Assembly: GCA_963713605.1 (NCBI GenBank)
Contig: CAVQMO010000003.1
Location: forward strand, 192,001-256,000
Length of the DNA stretch: 64,000 nucleotides
Source of the DNA: an uncultured Nitrososphaerales archaeon
GTDB taxonomy: Archaea; Thermoproteota; Nitrososphaeria; Nitrososphaerales; Nitrososphaeraceae
Reading direction: 5' to 3'
Shown: in pieces, positions 34,807-45,106 of the stretch
How the letters are laid out: every line of letters starts with the position of its first letter
Position numbering within the stretch: the stretch's first letter is position 1
Program-made: the position numbers and the translations under genes
Notes under the pieces: model-generated
Seen by the model: only the letters and a program-made list of their open reading frames with translations
Told to the model about the DNA's origin: nothing
The model's database searches: none

Positions 34807-35064
34807 CTATGTCGTATCTGTTGAACCTATTGCTACCTCTGCAGTAGCAAATCTATTTTTTACAGAACTAATCTTAATCTTTACGTTTTTGTCTCCAGCT
34901 TTTGCATTTTTGACAAAAATTATGAAACCTTGAATTCGTGCGATACCGTCTCCCGCACTACCGTTATCAGTAATGTCTACTATGTATTCTTTCCCTGTTT
35001 CTACGGGTTTTGATGAGGCGCCCGTTCTTCCAGAAAAACCCCTCGTGTTCTGTCCGTGACTCAT
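34807..35064 (-). CDS. Single TRAM-domain RNA-binding protein
   Basis: KPVETGKEYIVDI...GDGIARIQGFIIFV..AK.GD..VKIKI..V..RFA.AEV. Confidence 0.9.
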   Translation of the reverse strand: MSHGQNTRGFSGRTGASSKPVETGKEYIVDITDNGSAGDGIARIQGFIIFVKNAKAGDKNVKIKISSVKNRFATAEVAIGSTDTT

Positions 35065-35086
35065 AAATGTCGTATTTAACAGACAT

Positions 35087-35701
35087 TTATTTATCCATTC
35101 TTTTTAGTTGTTGGTTTTTGATATCGATAGCTCTCCCGAGATCTGACAATTGAGCATTCCATAAAATTAACTTATTCATCAAATTTCTCTTTTTACCTTC
35201 TAGATTTAGTACGTCGTTCGTAAGACATTGAACTCTGTCAGTTAGTTGAGGCAAGTCATTGCCAACATATCTTAGAATGTTCGAGATGTGTTTTTCATCC
35301 AACATACGACGCTCTTTCAAACAATGGAACAACTTCAGAAATGACGGGAGAAAGGTTTTGATTTCATTGTAAACGAATGCCAGTTCGTGAAGATCGTTCA
35401 AGGCCCAATACTCTTCTAGAATATTTTGGACTTCAGATGCTGATAGATCTAATTCTATAGCAACGTCGACGGGGCGCTTACCTTGCAAGAACAGGGATAA
35501 GGCTTGAGTTTCTTTGCTTTTATTACTCATATCATTCGGTACAGTTTCATATTCATCTCGGCCATTTATTCGTCTAATGATTTTACCTATTGTTCCAAAA
35601 GATAAATGTGCTTGCTGTGCAATCTCTCGGATTGGCTTACCTTCTTTATACAGCTTGACCACTAGCTGCTCTTTTTCTTTTTTATCTAATATTACTTGCA
35701 A
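35087..35701 (-). CDS. HTH plus coiled-coil protein
   Basis: Two HTH-like segments and a C-terminal heptad region. Confidence 0.75.
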   Translation of the reverse strand: MQVILDKKEKEQLVVKLYKEGKPIREIAQQAHLSFGTIGKIIRRINGRDEYETVPNDMSNKSKETQALSLFLQGKRPVDVAIELDLSASEVQNILEEYWALNDLHELAFVYNEIKTFLPSFLKLFHCLKERRMLDEKHISNILRYVGNDLPQLTDRVQCLTNDVLNLEGKKRNLMNKLILWNAQLSDLGRAIDIKNQQLKRMDK

Positions 35702-36032
35702 TATATATTGTTGGCAATCAGTGCTACAAAGCTTTTTCGATCTGTTATTATCTGTTACCGTTGTAACGGTTATTATTTCCGAATGATACTAGCTGCTATT
35801 TTATAGTGAAATTCGGCCTAAATGGTGGACTATACTATATGATGTAATGCGACATGATTTTTAGTAATAGGTTCTTTGCATGAAATACAGTCGTCCACTT
35901 TGTTTCTCTTCATGTTAAACATGTAGTGACGGTAGACAGTACGGTTTGATATCAATAGTACTATTATTCTGAATCATATACGAGTAAATTGTACAAACAA
36001 TTTATATACCCATCAAGATTTAGATTATCACG

Positions 36033-36245
36033 ATGAAATCGAGACTTTTAGTTATGACTATGGCGACGGCGATGGTAATTGCCATGGCTACACTAGCAAA
36101 TTTTGGGATTGGTCTAGTATCGGCACAGACAGCTGACAACGCTACTACGGGAAATATGACTGGCGGCAATATGACCAGCGGGGCTACCACGGAAGAAACT
36201 GGTGGCATAGCCGCTGCTTGCGGTGGGTATATGCCTCCCTGTTGA
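36033..36245 (+). CDS. Small secreted protein (NMT repeats)
   Basis: Signal peptide ending in VSA-Q, GNMTGGNMT, tail CGGYMPPC. Confidence 0.65.
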   Translation: MKSRLLVMTMATAMVIAMATLANFGIGLVSAQTADNATTGNMTGGNMTSGATTEETGGIAAACGGYMPPC

Positions 36246-36493
36246 GAGCCTTCATTCTTTTTTATCGTTCTCAACTCAATGCCCATCAGTTGTTTAATTA
36301 TTAATCTACATCATCGACTCTTCTTCTGAAGTATTCCCTTCTTCTTTCCATCAACTATTTTAACTTGTCAATAATCTCTTTTTTTGGAAATGTATAGAAT
36401 GAGATAGTCATTAGTTAGTAGTGTGGGCATATGCCGAAACAGTTTCAATTGCTGTGAACTGATATCTGACAATTTGTAGCGGTTGCCTGAAGT

Positions 36494-36793
36494 CTATTCG
36501 TCGTCATCTTGTGTGCCAATGTGAATTAGTCTATTACTAATCTGTTCAGATTGTATCATAGACTTTAAATGAATAATGATTTTGTGTTGAGACAACAACA
36601 ACGACATAATTAATGACTCCGTTGGAAATGGATGTTCTTGTGCATGAATATTTATCGCGACAGAATACTTGTAACAGTCATTTAGCAGCTTTGTCAAAAT
36701 GGCTTTATCTTCGTCTGAAGGGAGTTTATCTATAAAGCCTCTCCAAGTCTCTATTTCTCTAGTAAGAACGTCTTCGTCTGGAAATAAACTCAT
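36494..36793 (-). CDS. Small helical protein, distant member of PolB2-associated (arCOG07300-like) family
   Basis: EIETWRGFIDKL..EDKAILTKLL..CYKY..A...PFPTESLIMSLLL.QHK; last gene of the operon. Confidence 0.65.
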   Translation of the reverse strand: MSLFPDEDVLTREIETWRGFIDKLPSDEDKAILTKLLNDCYKYSVAINIHAQEHPFPTESLIMSLLLSQHKIIIHLKSMIQSEQISNRLIHIGTQDDDE

Positions 36794-36820
36794 TGTTTGT
36801 TTAGCATTTCCATGATCATT

Positions 36821-39006
36821 TCATAATTCCGATTTCGATGTTTCTATATCTCTCTCACGCTGTTCGTACAATTCATTCCACCACTTGGAGGTCTTTTTTC
36901 TATCAAACCCAAATAACGATCGGTTAAATCCGAATACTGATAATACTACTTCTGCCGAATCTAGAAGCATTTCCAGATATTTTTCTCTATCATAACTCTC
37001 AGAAGAAATAAGTTTGGCTGGAACTATTCTATACAACGGATCCGAATGAGTCGAATCTGTATATATATATCTGATATTATCCCCACGGTTGGTAATGACC
37101 CCCGAGATGTTTAATCTAATGGCTGCAGCAACGTGTGGAAATAAACTTCTGTATTTTTCTATATTCTGCCAATAATTTGGAGATCACTAAATCAGTTATC
37201 TGCACTTCTCCATTCATAATTTTATCAATACTGTGAGTGATGTATAAAAGCGCATTCTGATATCCGGTAGTCAAAGCTTCTTTCAGACAATTACAACCAA
37301 ATAACTCGGAAAGCAGAGTTGTCTGAAACTGTTTTATGAACGCCGGAGAATCATGCCTTCTGGTGTCTATACCTCTTGTAACTAATTGGTTGTCATAAGT
37401 AAATCCATAGTAATGCTTTTTAGCTTCCAACTTTTCATCGGCTTCAACGTGTAACAATATCAGAAATTTGTAGTGAAACTCGAAAGTCAAATCTAAACCA
37501 GTTTCTTTTGCTATCATACTCATTATCTCATCATAATCTTCTTTTGTTGCATCTCTCTTCTTCAAAAAGACGGCATCTGTATCCGCGTAAATCAGCTCGA
37601 AGCCAGCGCTTTGTACAATATCTTTTGTCTTTAATAATATCTGCCTTGAGAGCTTGTTTATCTCTTCAAAGACACGAACATTGCTGTATCTATTCCAAAT
37701 CGAACCCGATGTTCCATAAAGACAGACAAGAATTTGCTTTAATGTTTCTAATCGTATTTGACAATAAGATTGATTTTCATGGTCGGCATTAGCCTTAAGT
37801 AGTCTTTTAAGATAGACCCGCCTTCTAACGAGTTCGTTAACTATTGATGGAAGTATAGCCATCTGATTTTGTGAGTCCGAGGCTGACGGAGTCTCATAGC
37901 TAATATGATGATTCATTATCAGATTCGCATATTCGTCATTAAAATCTAGAACTGCGACATTCTCATGTGGTCCAATTTCTGGTGATATAAGCATCCCCGC
38001 CTTATCCATCTCGATAATATCTTGTAAAGTTCTGAGTTGTTCGTGATGTTTTGATATAGTCTTCATTCTTGTTGGAATAACGAACTCTCTTTGAATTAGC
38101 TCATATGTTATTCTGCTATCAATTAGTCGTATCATTCCATATTTTGAAGCGAGTCTGAGTGGGAGATATCCAAACTTCGACTTTTCAACTAATTCAAGAA
38201 ATTCAATGTCGTTCATTGAACTATGAGAATGAATTATAACTTTGTCCCTAGACCATTCTTTAAAATGAATATCATTTTGAGAATAGAGCGGTCCGTCATC
38301 GCCGCAAAAGATGATAATATCGGGATTCTTTTCTGCAATATATGAGATATAGTTTGGATCAGATAAGCCATACACTAGAAGTATTGTCAGCCAGACTTGT
38401 TCATTAGTTCTCACTATAAGTTTTAGCTGATCTTTATTGTCTTCATTGGCGGCTCGCATGATTGCATCAAATTTTCGAATATACATAGTTAAGAATGGAG
38501 GCGGGACTATCATCTTCACTATCATCTATTCTCCCTATCGATAACAATTGGTCTTCATCAAATTCAATCTTGACTTTGCTAACTGGCGGGATTTTTAGTT
38601 TAGTATAAATGAATTACATCACATCAGATAAATCGATATTATATAACGTCTTCACTCTTGAATCGAGATTTAATTTCTGAAGAAGCATTTTGAAGTCTTG
38701 TCTTTCAACTTTTTGAGAGTTTGCTAGACTGATGCTGATTAAGCGTGTTTTGTTCTTATCGTGAAGATCAATGAATTTCTCATCCCAGAATATTCGTTTG
38801 ATTAATTGGTCATGTCTGGACAGTTGTTGTAAGAGATCTTCACCGGCTGAACTAGAATTGGGAATTATATAGAAAGTTCGTTCAGTCAGTTTTTGAGTGA
38901 AGTTAATAACTTTACCATCAACTAGTTTTATGAGTATGACAATGTTATTGCTAACATAATCTTTTCTAACATCCAGTATCCATCCGATTGAGCTTTGACT
39001 GACCAA
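36821..39006 (-). pseudogene. polB2: Family B DNA polymerase, PolB2/Dpo2-like; about 727 aa when repaired
   Basis: GWILD N-terminus, motif A variant VLDFNDEYANLI, motif B LKQILVCLYG, motif C YADTD, KKHYYG, TRGIDTRRHD, YDREKY. No recognisable exonuclease motifs. In-frame TAA at 38614-38616 and frameshifts near 38515 and 37170. Confidence 0.85.
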
Positions 39007-39015
39007 TAGTTCACA

Positions 39016-39381
39016 CTAGCTTGGAAGACTTAGATCGTCATTAGATGCTCTTAGCTTGTCCATAATCATCTTTACTGTATTTTCTAATTCTATGACTTTA
39101 TCTGACAACTGCTTTATCTTTACATCTTTTTCTTTCAATTCTCTTGTCATAGCTGCAGTTAGTTTTCGGTTATGTATAGATGCAATGAGATTGAGTTTAT
39201 CACAGACAGTCGGCAACGTAGAATTTCCCATTGCAGCTTGTTCGCGATTCCAGGCATCTCTCAATATTAAATCAAATGCACTTTTGTGACCAAGATCGAC
39301 CATTGCGGATTGAAGCTCTGATTTTAATTCGGCTACAGTTTCTTCATAGAGTTGACGAAATGACGGCGTAATTCTACCCAT
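39016..39381 (-). CDS. PolB2-associated small helical protein (arCOG07300-like)
   Basis: MGRITPSFRQ N-terminus, which I recall as typical of this family; lies directly upstream of polB2. Confidence 0.75.
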   Translation of the reverse strand: MGRITPSFRQLYEETVAELKSELQSAMVDLGHKSAFDLILRDAWNREQAAMGNSTLPTVCDKLNLIASIHNRKLTAAMTRELKEKDVKIKQLSDKVIELENTVKMIMDKLRASNDDLSLPS

Positions 39382-39388
39382 GATCCCA

Positions 39389-40275
39389 TCAATCGAATAT
39401 GAGAAGCATTGGGTTCACCCGCTTACCAATTCTCTTTGCATAGAAGCTAGCGTATTTGGGAGTTATCTGATATGGATGTTTAATCATTGTGGCTTTACAC
39501 ACGACTGAGCCACTGCCACTATTACTACTAGACGTTGCATAATAATTAGTGTTTGCACTTGGCTTCAAGTTCACGATTACATTCACCAGATGTTTCAGAT
39601 ATGTACCACCGTTTGGGTTGGGTATTATTCCGCTATTAGAAACGTTGCAATGTCCAGTTGCTACGATTGCCACTTTATTTTTAGTGCAAACTTGATACAA
39701 GATATTCAAGACTTTTTTAATAATGCGCCATTGTCTTCATTGCCGTTGACAAAGAATTTGGTTAAATTTCTTATTCCAAGAAGTTTGATGTCGGGGTTAG
39801 ATTGTATCAGATCTGCTATTTCTTCTGCAACAGTTATTTGATGCTCCAAATTGTATGCTGTCTGAATGTATAGGTTTTTGGATACAACCTTCGGTTCTAT
39901 ACCCGCGTATTTCGAAATAACGGCAAGCTTTTTGGGATTTAGAATTTGATGCTTATTTTTGTCCGTCGCATAATCTATATTATTAAAAAAAACAGCCATA
40001 GATTCGAAGCCATGTTTCTTGCCACTCTTCGGTAAAATACAACCAACCAATATTCTGTTGAGAAGTGAATCAAGAATGATTTGGCTATCATGTGTGCTGT
40101 AGAAAAGGTAGAATAAACTTTCTTGCAATCCATCAATGAGTCCGTCTATTTCAGCACAGCCAGAAGACATTTTTTGTATAGTATTTTGCTGGTCTAACAG
40201 ATCGAGAGCGCATTTCATCTCAGAAAAATAAGTTTGAAATGTAGAAGCGGGCAAGTTCGTAGATTGGGACATCAT
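39389..40275 (-). CDS. Inactivated RadA/RadB-like paralog, about 295 aa (one A lost in an A-run near 39715)
   Basis: MSSGCAEIDGLIDGL, NLYIQTAYNLEHQ, VAIVAT, GGTYLKHLVNVIVNL, ATMIKHP. Walker A position reads FYSTHDSQ. Confidence 0.75.
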
Positions 40276-40278
40276 TTC

Positions 40279-42122
40279 TCAAGAAATATGAATTTGATTT
40301 GGAAAAAACCACAACTGATCATGGACATACATGATCGAACCCCGAGCATTCACATTTCTGCCATAGAGCTTAAGTCTTGTATCTTCAAGTATTTGTCGCT
40401 GCATATTTTCTCTGTTATTCACCCGGTACACGTCACTGACCGTATGAATTTCTATGTCATTTCCAATCTTCAGATCTTTAACCGCTTTTTTGACCGCTTC
40501 ATACATTCGTGGTATAAGTCTTGACTGTTTGTATTCAATGAATTTCTGAACTGAAGCCGGAATATACAATGATTCTTGGCCGAAGTAACTGACGCTAGCA
40601 GGGTAAGTAAAAGTGTTCTCAGAGTTCAACATCTTAATCTTAAGCAACGGGATTTCATCGGGCGAAATATCAATGTCATAGACTTGTTTCCAGAATTCGA
40701 CCAAGTTTCGAATATCTAGTTCAGATACTATTTGCTGGCTCGCTTTTCTAGAAATTACGTCAACTATACTACCATAATGCCCAGTAGGGGCTACAATTAC
40801 TTTACTTCGATAGTTTAGTAGCATGCGAATGACCGCGTTTGCGGTAGCACCAGCTTCTCTTCGCATTCTAATGTAATCGAGTACAGGTTTCCCGAACGTA
40901 AGCATGTGGACTTAGTTCTATCGTCAGTTGCAACTTATGTCGGTATTGTTGTTGCATGTCAACTCTAACGTCCGCTGAGAAGCCCAAGTATAACTTAGCT
41001 CTTTCGCATCTGTAAAGTGAAATTGGATCTTCAAGTAAATAAATTCCGTGTCTCATTCTCTTCTCTGTAGTGTCTTGGATACTCATCGAAATGGCCCGCT
41101 CAATCAATCTTCTAATAATTTTAATATCTTCCATAGATTCAGCTCCATTGGCATCGAGATGTCTAACATTCAGTTCTGCAAATTTAGTTTTCAAGTCAGT
41201 ATCATTTACTGGGAAATAGACTAGGTTTCGGCCGTCAGATACTATTAGCTTATTAGATCTCGTATAGAATGACGGCGAGATATTCTCGGGTAGCACGGCT
41301 TCCATTAGATGAAAGCTAGATGGAATTTCTATACTGAGAGTTGAGATAGAATTGTTGTTTGGCTGACTGTGAATCTTGGTTATTCTGGGTCGCTGAAGCA
41401 CATAAGATAAGTTGGCTCAAATTTCTTTGTAATACTTTGGCAGCGAGATCTTTGGTCAAGACCATCTTAATTGCGCCGGAACCATCGTATAGCTTACTAG
41501 ATATTCTAAGATCCCACGCAAATCCCATTCCACATTCTTTTGGGCATTTGGTACTATCGTAGAGTATCAAAGATCTGCATTTGTTGCAGCGCTTAATTAA
41601 ACCAGATGTACTGTGAATCGTCGAAACGGTCCCATTCAGATAGATATATCTAACTGGTCTATTGATAGCCCCAATCTTTGGAACCCAAGTATACTCCCGA
41701 ATATCTTCCACATTCTTTGGCTCTAATTTTGTGAATTCTGTAATTACCAATAATAAAGATCTGTCTGGAAATTCATGAACGTACGCTGAATAAATTTTAT
41801 AAACTGAATCCCGAATGAGTGGATTCGCAATCTTATGGCTAACAAATGATACTTTAGATGTAGAATCTTCAAGCACGCCGGTAAAGACAATTTTCTCTCC
41901 AAGAGCGTCGTGCCTTTCAGCAGTTCTGAGATATGCAATTCGTGCTGTTGTTGAAGTATATTTTCCAGCTTCAAGCTCTGATAGTGTAACAGATGGAATC
42001 GGCTCACGTAAAGCCGGTGGAGTTGGAAGAGATTTTGGATCTGGATATAAATTACTAAGTATTTGAGAACTAGAATTACGGGCATTCTCATCATACTTAC
42101 TATAATGTAAAGATTCTACCAA
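40279..42122 (-). CDS. RPA-like OB-fold/Zn-finger protein with Argonaute-like N-L1-PAZ insertion; about 613 aa after repairing two +1 frameshifts
   Basis: OB1 GVLEDSTSKVSF; OB2 GTVSTIHSTSGLIKRCNKC-x10-CPKEC..DLRISSKLYDGSG; insert YLGFSADVRV and NLVEFWKQVYDIDISPDEIPLLKIK..TFTYP; OB2 resumes at LYGRNVNARGSI. Joins ORFs 41316-42122, 40868-41401 and 40279-40905. Confidence 0.7.
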
Positions 42123-43149
42123 CCAGAATCACTCTCATCTGTTTTATATGAAGTAGCGTCTTCGATTCCACTTTCGGAAATTGAGAATTTCGCACGCTGA
42201 TATGGTTGGCAGGGTGAGTCTTCCATTGTAGCCACTCTGTTCTTGCCAGATTTTCTGAGAAAGATACGGTATGTAGAGCCATGAGCTACTATGTTTCCAC
42301 CAGCCGCTTTCATGGAATCAAATCCCGGATGCATGCTGTCGGGGTACGATACTATTTGGTTTGTTATTACGACTGCTATATTGTAAATGTCGGCATATCT
42401 TCTTAATTTGTTTAGCATCTTTCCAAGTCTTTGCTGTCGTTCTGCTAGTGTTCCGCGTCCAGAGAACTCTGCTCGATGAAGACTTATTATACTATCTATT
42501 ATCACAATTTTGGCATTGTATTGCTCAATTGATTTATCCAGATCATCTATAATTGACTCTAGATGTTCGCTACTATAGACTTGACAATGAAAGATCTTTT
42601 CTAGAATGGGTAATGGGTCAAGTCCCCGTTGCTCAGCAATTTGATGTATTCTATTAGCTCTGAAAGTATTCTCCGAATCTATGAAAATTATGTTCCCCGC
42701 GTCACCGTCCGGATTTTCGATAAGTTTGCTCGCGGCAACACACAACGTGTGACAGACTTGAGATTTTCCGGACGAAAATTCCCCCACCAGTTCAGTGATC
42801 GATTGGGTTTCAAATCCACCATTTAGTAAGTTATCGAAGCCTCTCAGAACCAGTTGCATATCTAGATAGTTTGTTCCGTTTTTCTAACAAATCATCTGCA
42901 GTTAGAAACTCTTCGGACAGGTACTTTGTTATCAATAAGAATTTTTCTGGCATTTGCGATGAGTGTAGAAGCTGACTTGACGCTAAGCGACGTATCTTCA
43001 AACTCTAATGCAAGTTCGGCCGGATTCTGGACTGCTAACTGATATACCGAGTTAATATTCAATTTCTTTAGCTTATTAATCAAATCGCTAGTGATATGTG
43101 GGATCTCTTCCATAGTGACTTCTTTAAGTCGGCTAACCATGAGCATCAC
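42116..43149 (-). CDS. radA: RadA recombinase paralog, about 340 aa (two +1 frameshifts near 42920 and 42840)
   Basis: N-terminal helical domain; FLTADDLLEKR linker in an intermediate frame; GGFETQSITELVGEFSSGKSQ Walker A; IDSENTFR; IIIDS Walker B; RAEFSGRGTLAERQQRL; VVITNQ; GGNIVAHGSTYRIFLRK. Confidence 0.92.
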
Positions 43150-43362
43150 GGCTTGATATGTTAACTAATTTTGACTTTTTGTCTAATAAGATTGGCAGTA
43201 ACTGAGCGACGGGGGGCGGGGGATATAGATCATGCTCTCAGTCCCACATTAAGATGCCACTATTACATTATCAATATGAATCATACTTAGAATTTATTAG
43301 ATCGTAGTTTCAAGTACAATACATCACACCGTAAATATAACAAATTTTACTGCATTATTCCA

Positions 43363-43620
43363 ATGTCCCAAACATATGAAAATTGTATACAGCGATTTTG
43401 TATTCGCTGCCAAGATGTCGGACTTGACTGTGATTGCACAATCTATGGAATTGGCGAAGAGACAATCATTTGTAATACTATTCTACACATGTTTGAATAT
43501 CATGCAATTGAGCCAAATGAAATAACTACTGGTATGGGACTTAAAATAATTGAAAATATACATGTACACCACCACTCTCCCCCACTTACAAGTCCCAGCT
43601 CATATAATAGTCATTTTTGA
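43363..43620 (+). CDS. DUF1059-like small metal-binding protein
   Basis: CQDVGLDCDCTIYG..EE.I....ILH..EYH. Confidence 0.75.
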   Translation: MSQTYENCIQRFCIRCQDVGLDCDCTIYGIGEETIICNTILHMFEYHAIEPNEITTGMGLKIIENIHVHHHSPPLTSPSSYNSHF

Positions 43621-43623
43621 TAT

Positions 43624-43866
43624 GTGTTAGATATCCCAAGACAAAACCGTACTAAACTCGTTCCCCCAAAACCGGAGCCCGAGAATCAAGTTCTCGAAAC
43701 ACTACAAGAATCTAGCGTACCAGAGCGAAAAGAAGAGCCGGTGTTGTCTGAGTTAGACATGGAGATCCAATGCCCGCGCTGTAATGAGATTATGGAGTTA
43801 TGTTCAAGCTTCGATAAGTTAGTATACTCTTGCGAGAGTTGCAGCTTCTTGTTGAAATGTGTTTAG
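43624..43866 (+). CDS. Zn-ribbon protein
   Basis: CPRCNEIM...YSCESCSF. Confidence 0.7.
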   Translation: MLDIPRQNRTKLVPPKPEPENQVLETLQESSVPERKEEPVLSELDMEIQCPRCNEIMELCSSFDKLVYSCESCSFLLKCV

Positions 43867-44082
43867 AGAGAAGACATACATCTTATAGTAAGATTTTGTC
43901 CGACTGAGATGTCCATCTTAATTTAGTATTTGAACTTTGAGCGCTAATTTCATCTTCAGTATTTTGGATTTTGGTTAGCTGCTTAGACGATTTGCTTGTT
44001 CGAGGGTCACACGGGTATTCAGCCCAATTCAAACATAGCCTGAGATTCTAGTTCTGTAGCAAAAAAATGGGAGTCTCTGACC

Positions 44083-44415
44083 TTAGCAGTCTGTGTCTGA
44101 ATTGTCGTCAATACCGGCCAGAGTACAGCCTAATTCATTTGGATTTTTTTCTCCAGTGACAGCTTCTGCAGTATTACCTATCCCCGCTCGCCCTTTATCT
44201 CCGTCGAAGCCTCCATCAAATGGTGGTTCACCTGCCGCGCTGCCAGCCTTTGAATGCTCCCCCAGTCCATCTGCACGACCATCATCATTATTATCTGATG
44301 TGGCGGTCTCAGATGTTACCTCACCCCACCCATCTTGTTTTGATTCGGGTTTGTCTGCGAAAGACAATGGAATCATAGCAGATGCGGCTGTCAAGGCTAT
44401 GGCTGCTAACATCAA
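44083..44415 (-). CDS. Small secreted Gly/Asp-rich protein
   Basis: Signal peptide ending in SFA; GLGEHS, GRAGIGN, two C-terminal Cys. Confidence 0.65.
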   Translation of the reverse strand: MMLAAIALTAASAMIPLSFADKPESKQDGWGEVTSETATSDNNDDGRADGLGEHSKAGSAAGEPPFDGGFDGDKGRAGIGNTAEAVTGEKNPNELGCTLAGIDDNSDTDC

Positions 44416-45106
44416 TCCCGTTAACGTTATTTTCTTATAGAATATAGTTCTATTGACTTATCTGGCAGTTGACTTGTTGAAACTTCTCGCAAGTCGACAG
44501 TATAACAAGTCGCAAAACTATTCCATCATTGCTTCACAAACAGATTGACTATGAAATTGAGTTATCTAAGAGTGGAAGTGGCTAACAGAAGTCACTAATT
44601 TCATTATTTCTTGAAGTTCAACAGTTTATTATAATAAATTCAATCACTTAACTTAGCATGTTAAACACTTATTGGATATATCATTCACGTGAGAGATGAC
44701 ACATTTATGATTATCATTTTTATAATATGCTCTACAAAGCAGTTCTGTTGAAAGCAGCACTACTATCTCAATAGCTATCGATTCCAAAAAAAAGCAATTG
44801 GTGGCAGACAAGTATTAACTCGACTACCTGGTTGTCCTGCCACTCTGTTTTTCACTGAATTAGCTCAGTTCGTTTCCAGCAGCGATTCGTCTAATTTATA
44901 AGGATAAAACCTGTAGTTAGAATTTAACGTGGAATCACCTGCTACTTTTCTTAGCATAGTCTTTGCACCCGTAAAGTCAATCATAATACACGGTTCATCT
45001 CCAACTACCTATGCATTATGAGCGGGAGGTGTACCTTCGAAGCATCAGGTCCCATTCCTATGAAAGCAATTTTATTTGCATCTGGAGTATCTATAGAAAT
45101 ATTACA

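Noticed and set aside
36821..39006. Casposon or viral protein-primed PolB
   Set aside because: No cas1, terminal inverted repeats or capsid genes seen; motifs and neighbours fit cellular PolB2.
40279..41401. Complete prokaryotic Argonaute defence system
   Set aside because: No MID or PIWI domain or catalytic tetrad in this or neighbouring ORFs; the downstream gene has a RecA-like fold.
43150..43360. Damage-responsive operator upstream of radA
   Set aside because: Only a G-rich run and AT-rich tracts are visible; no convincing palindrome or known box.
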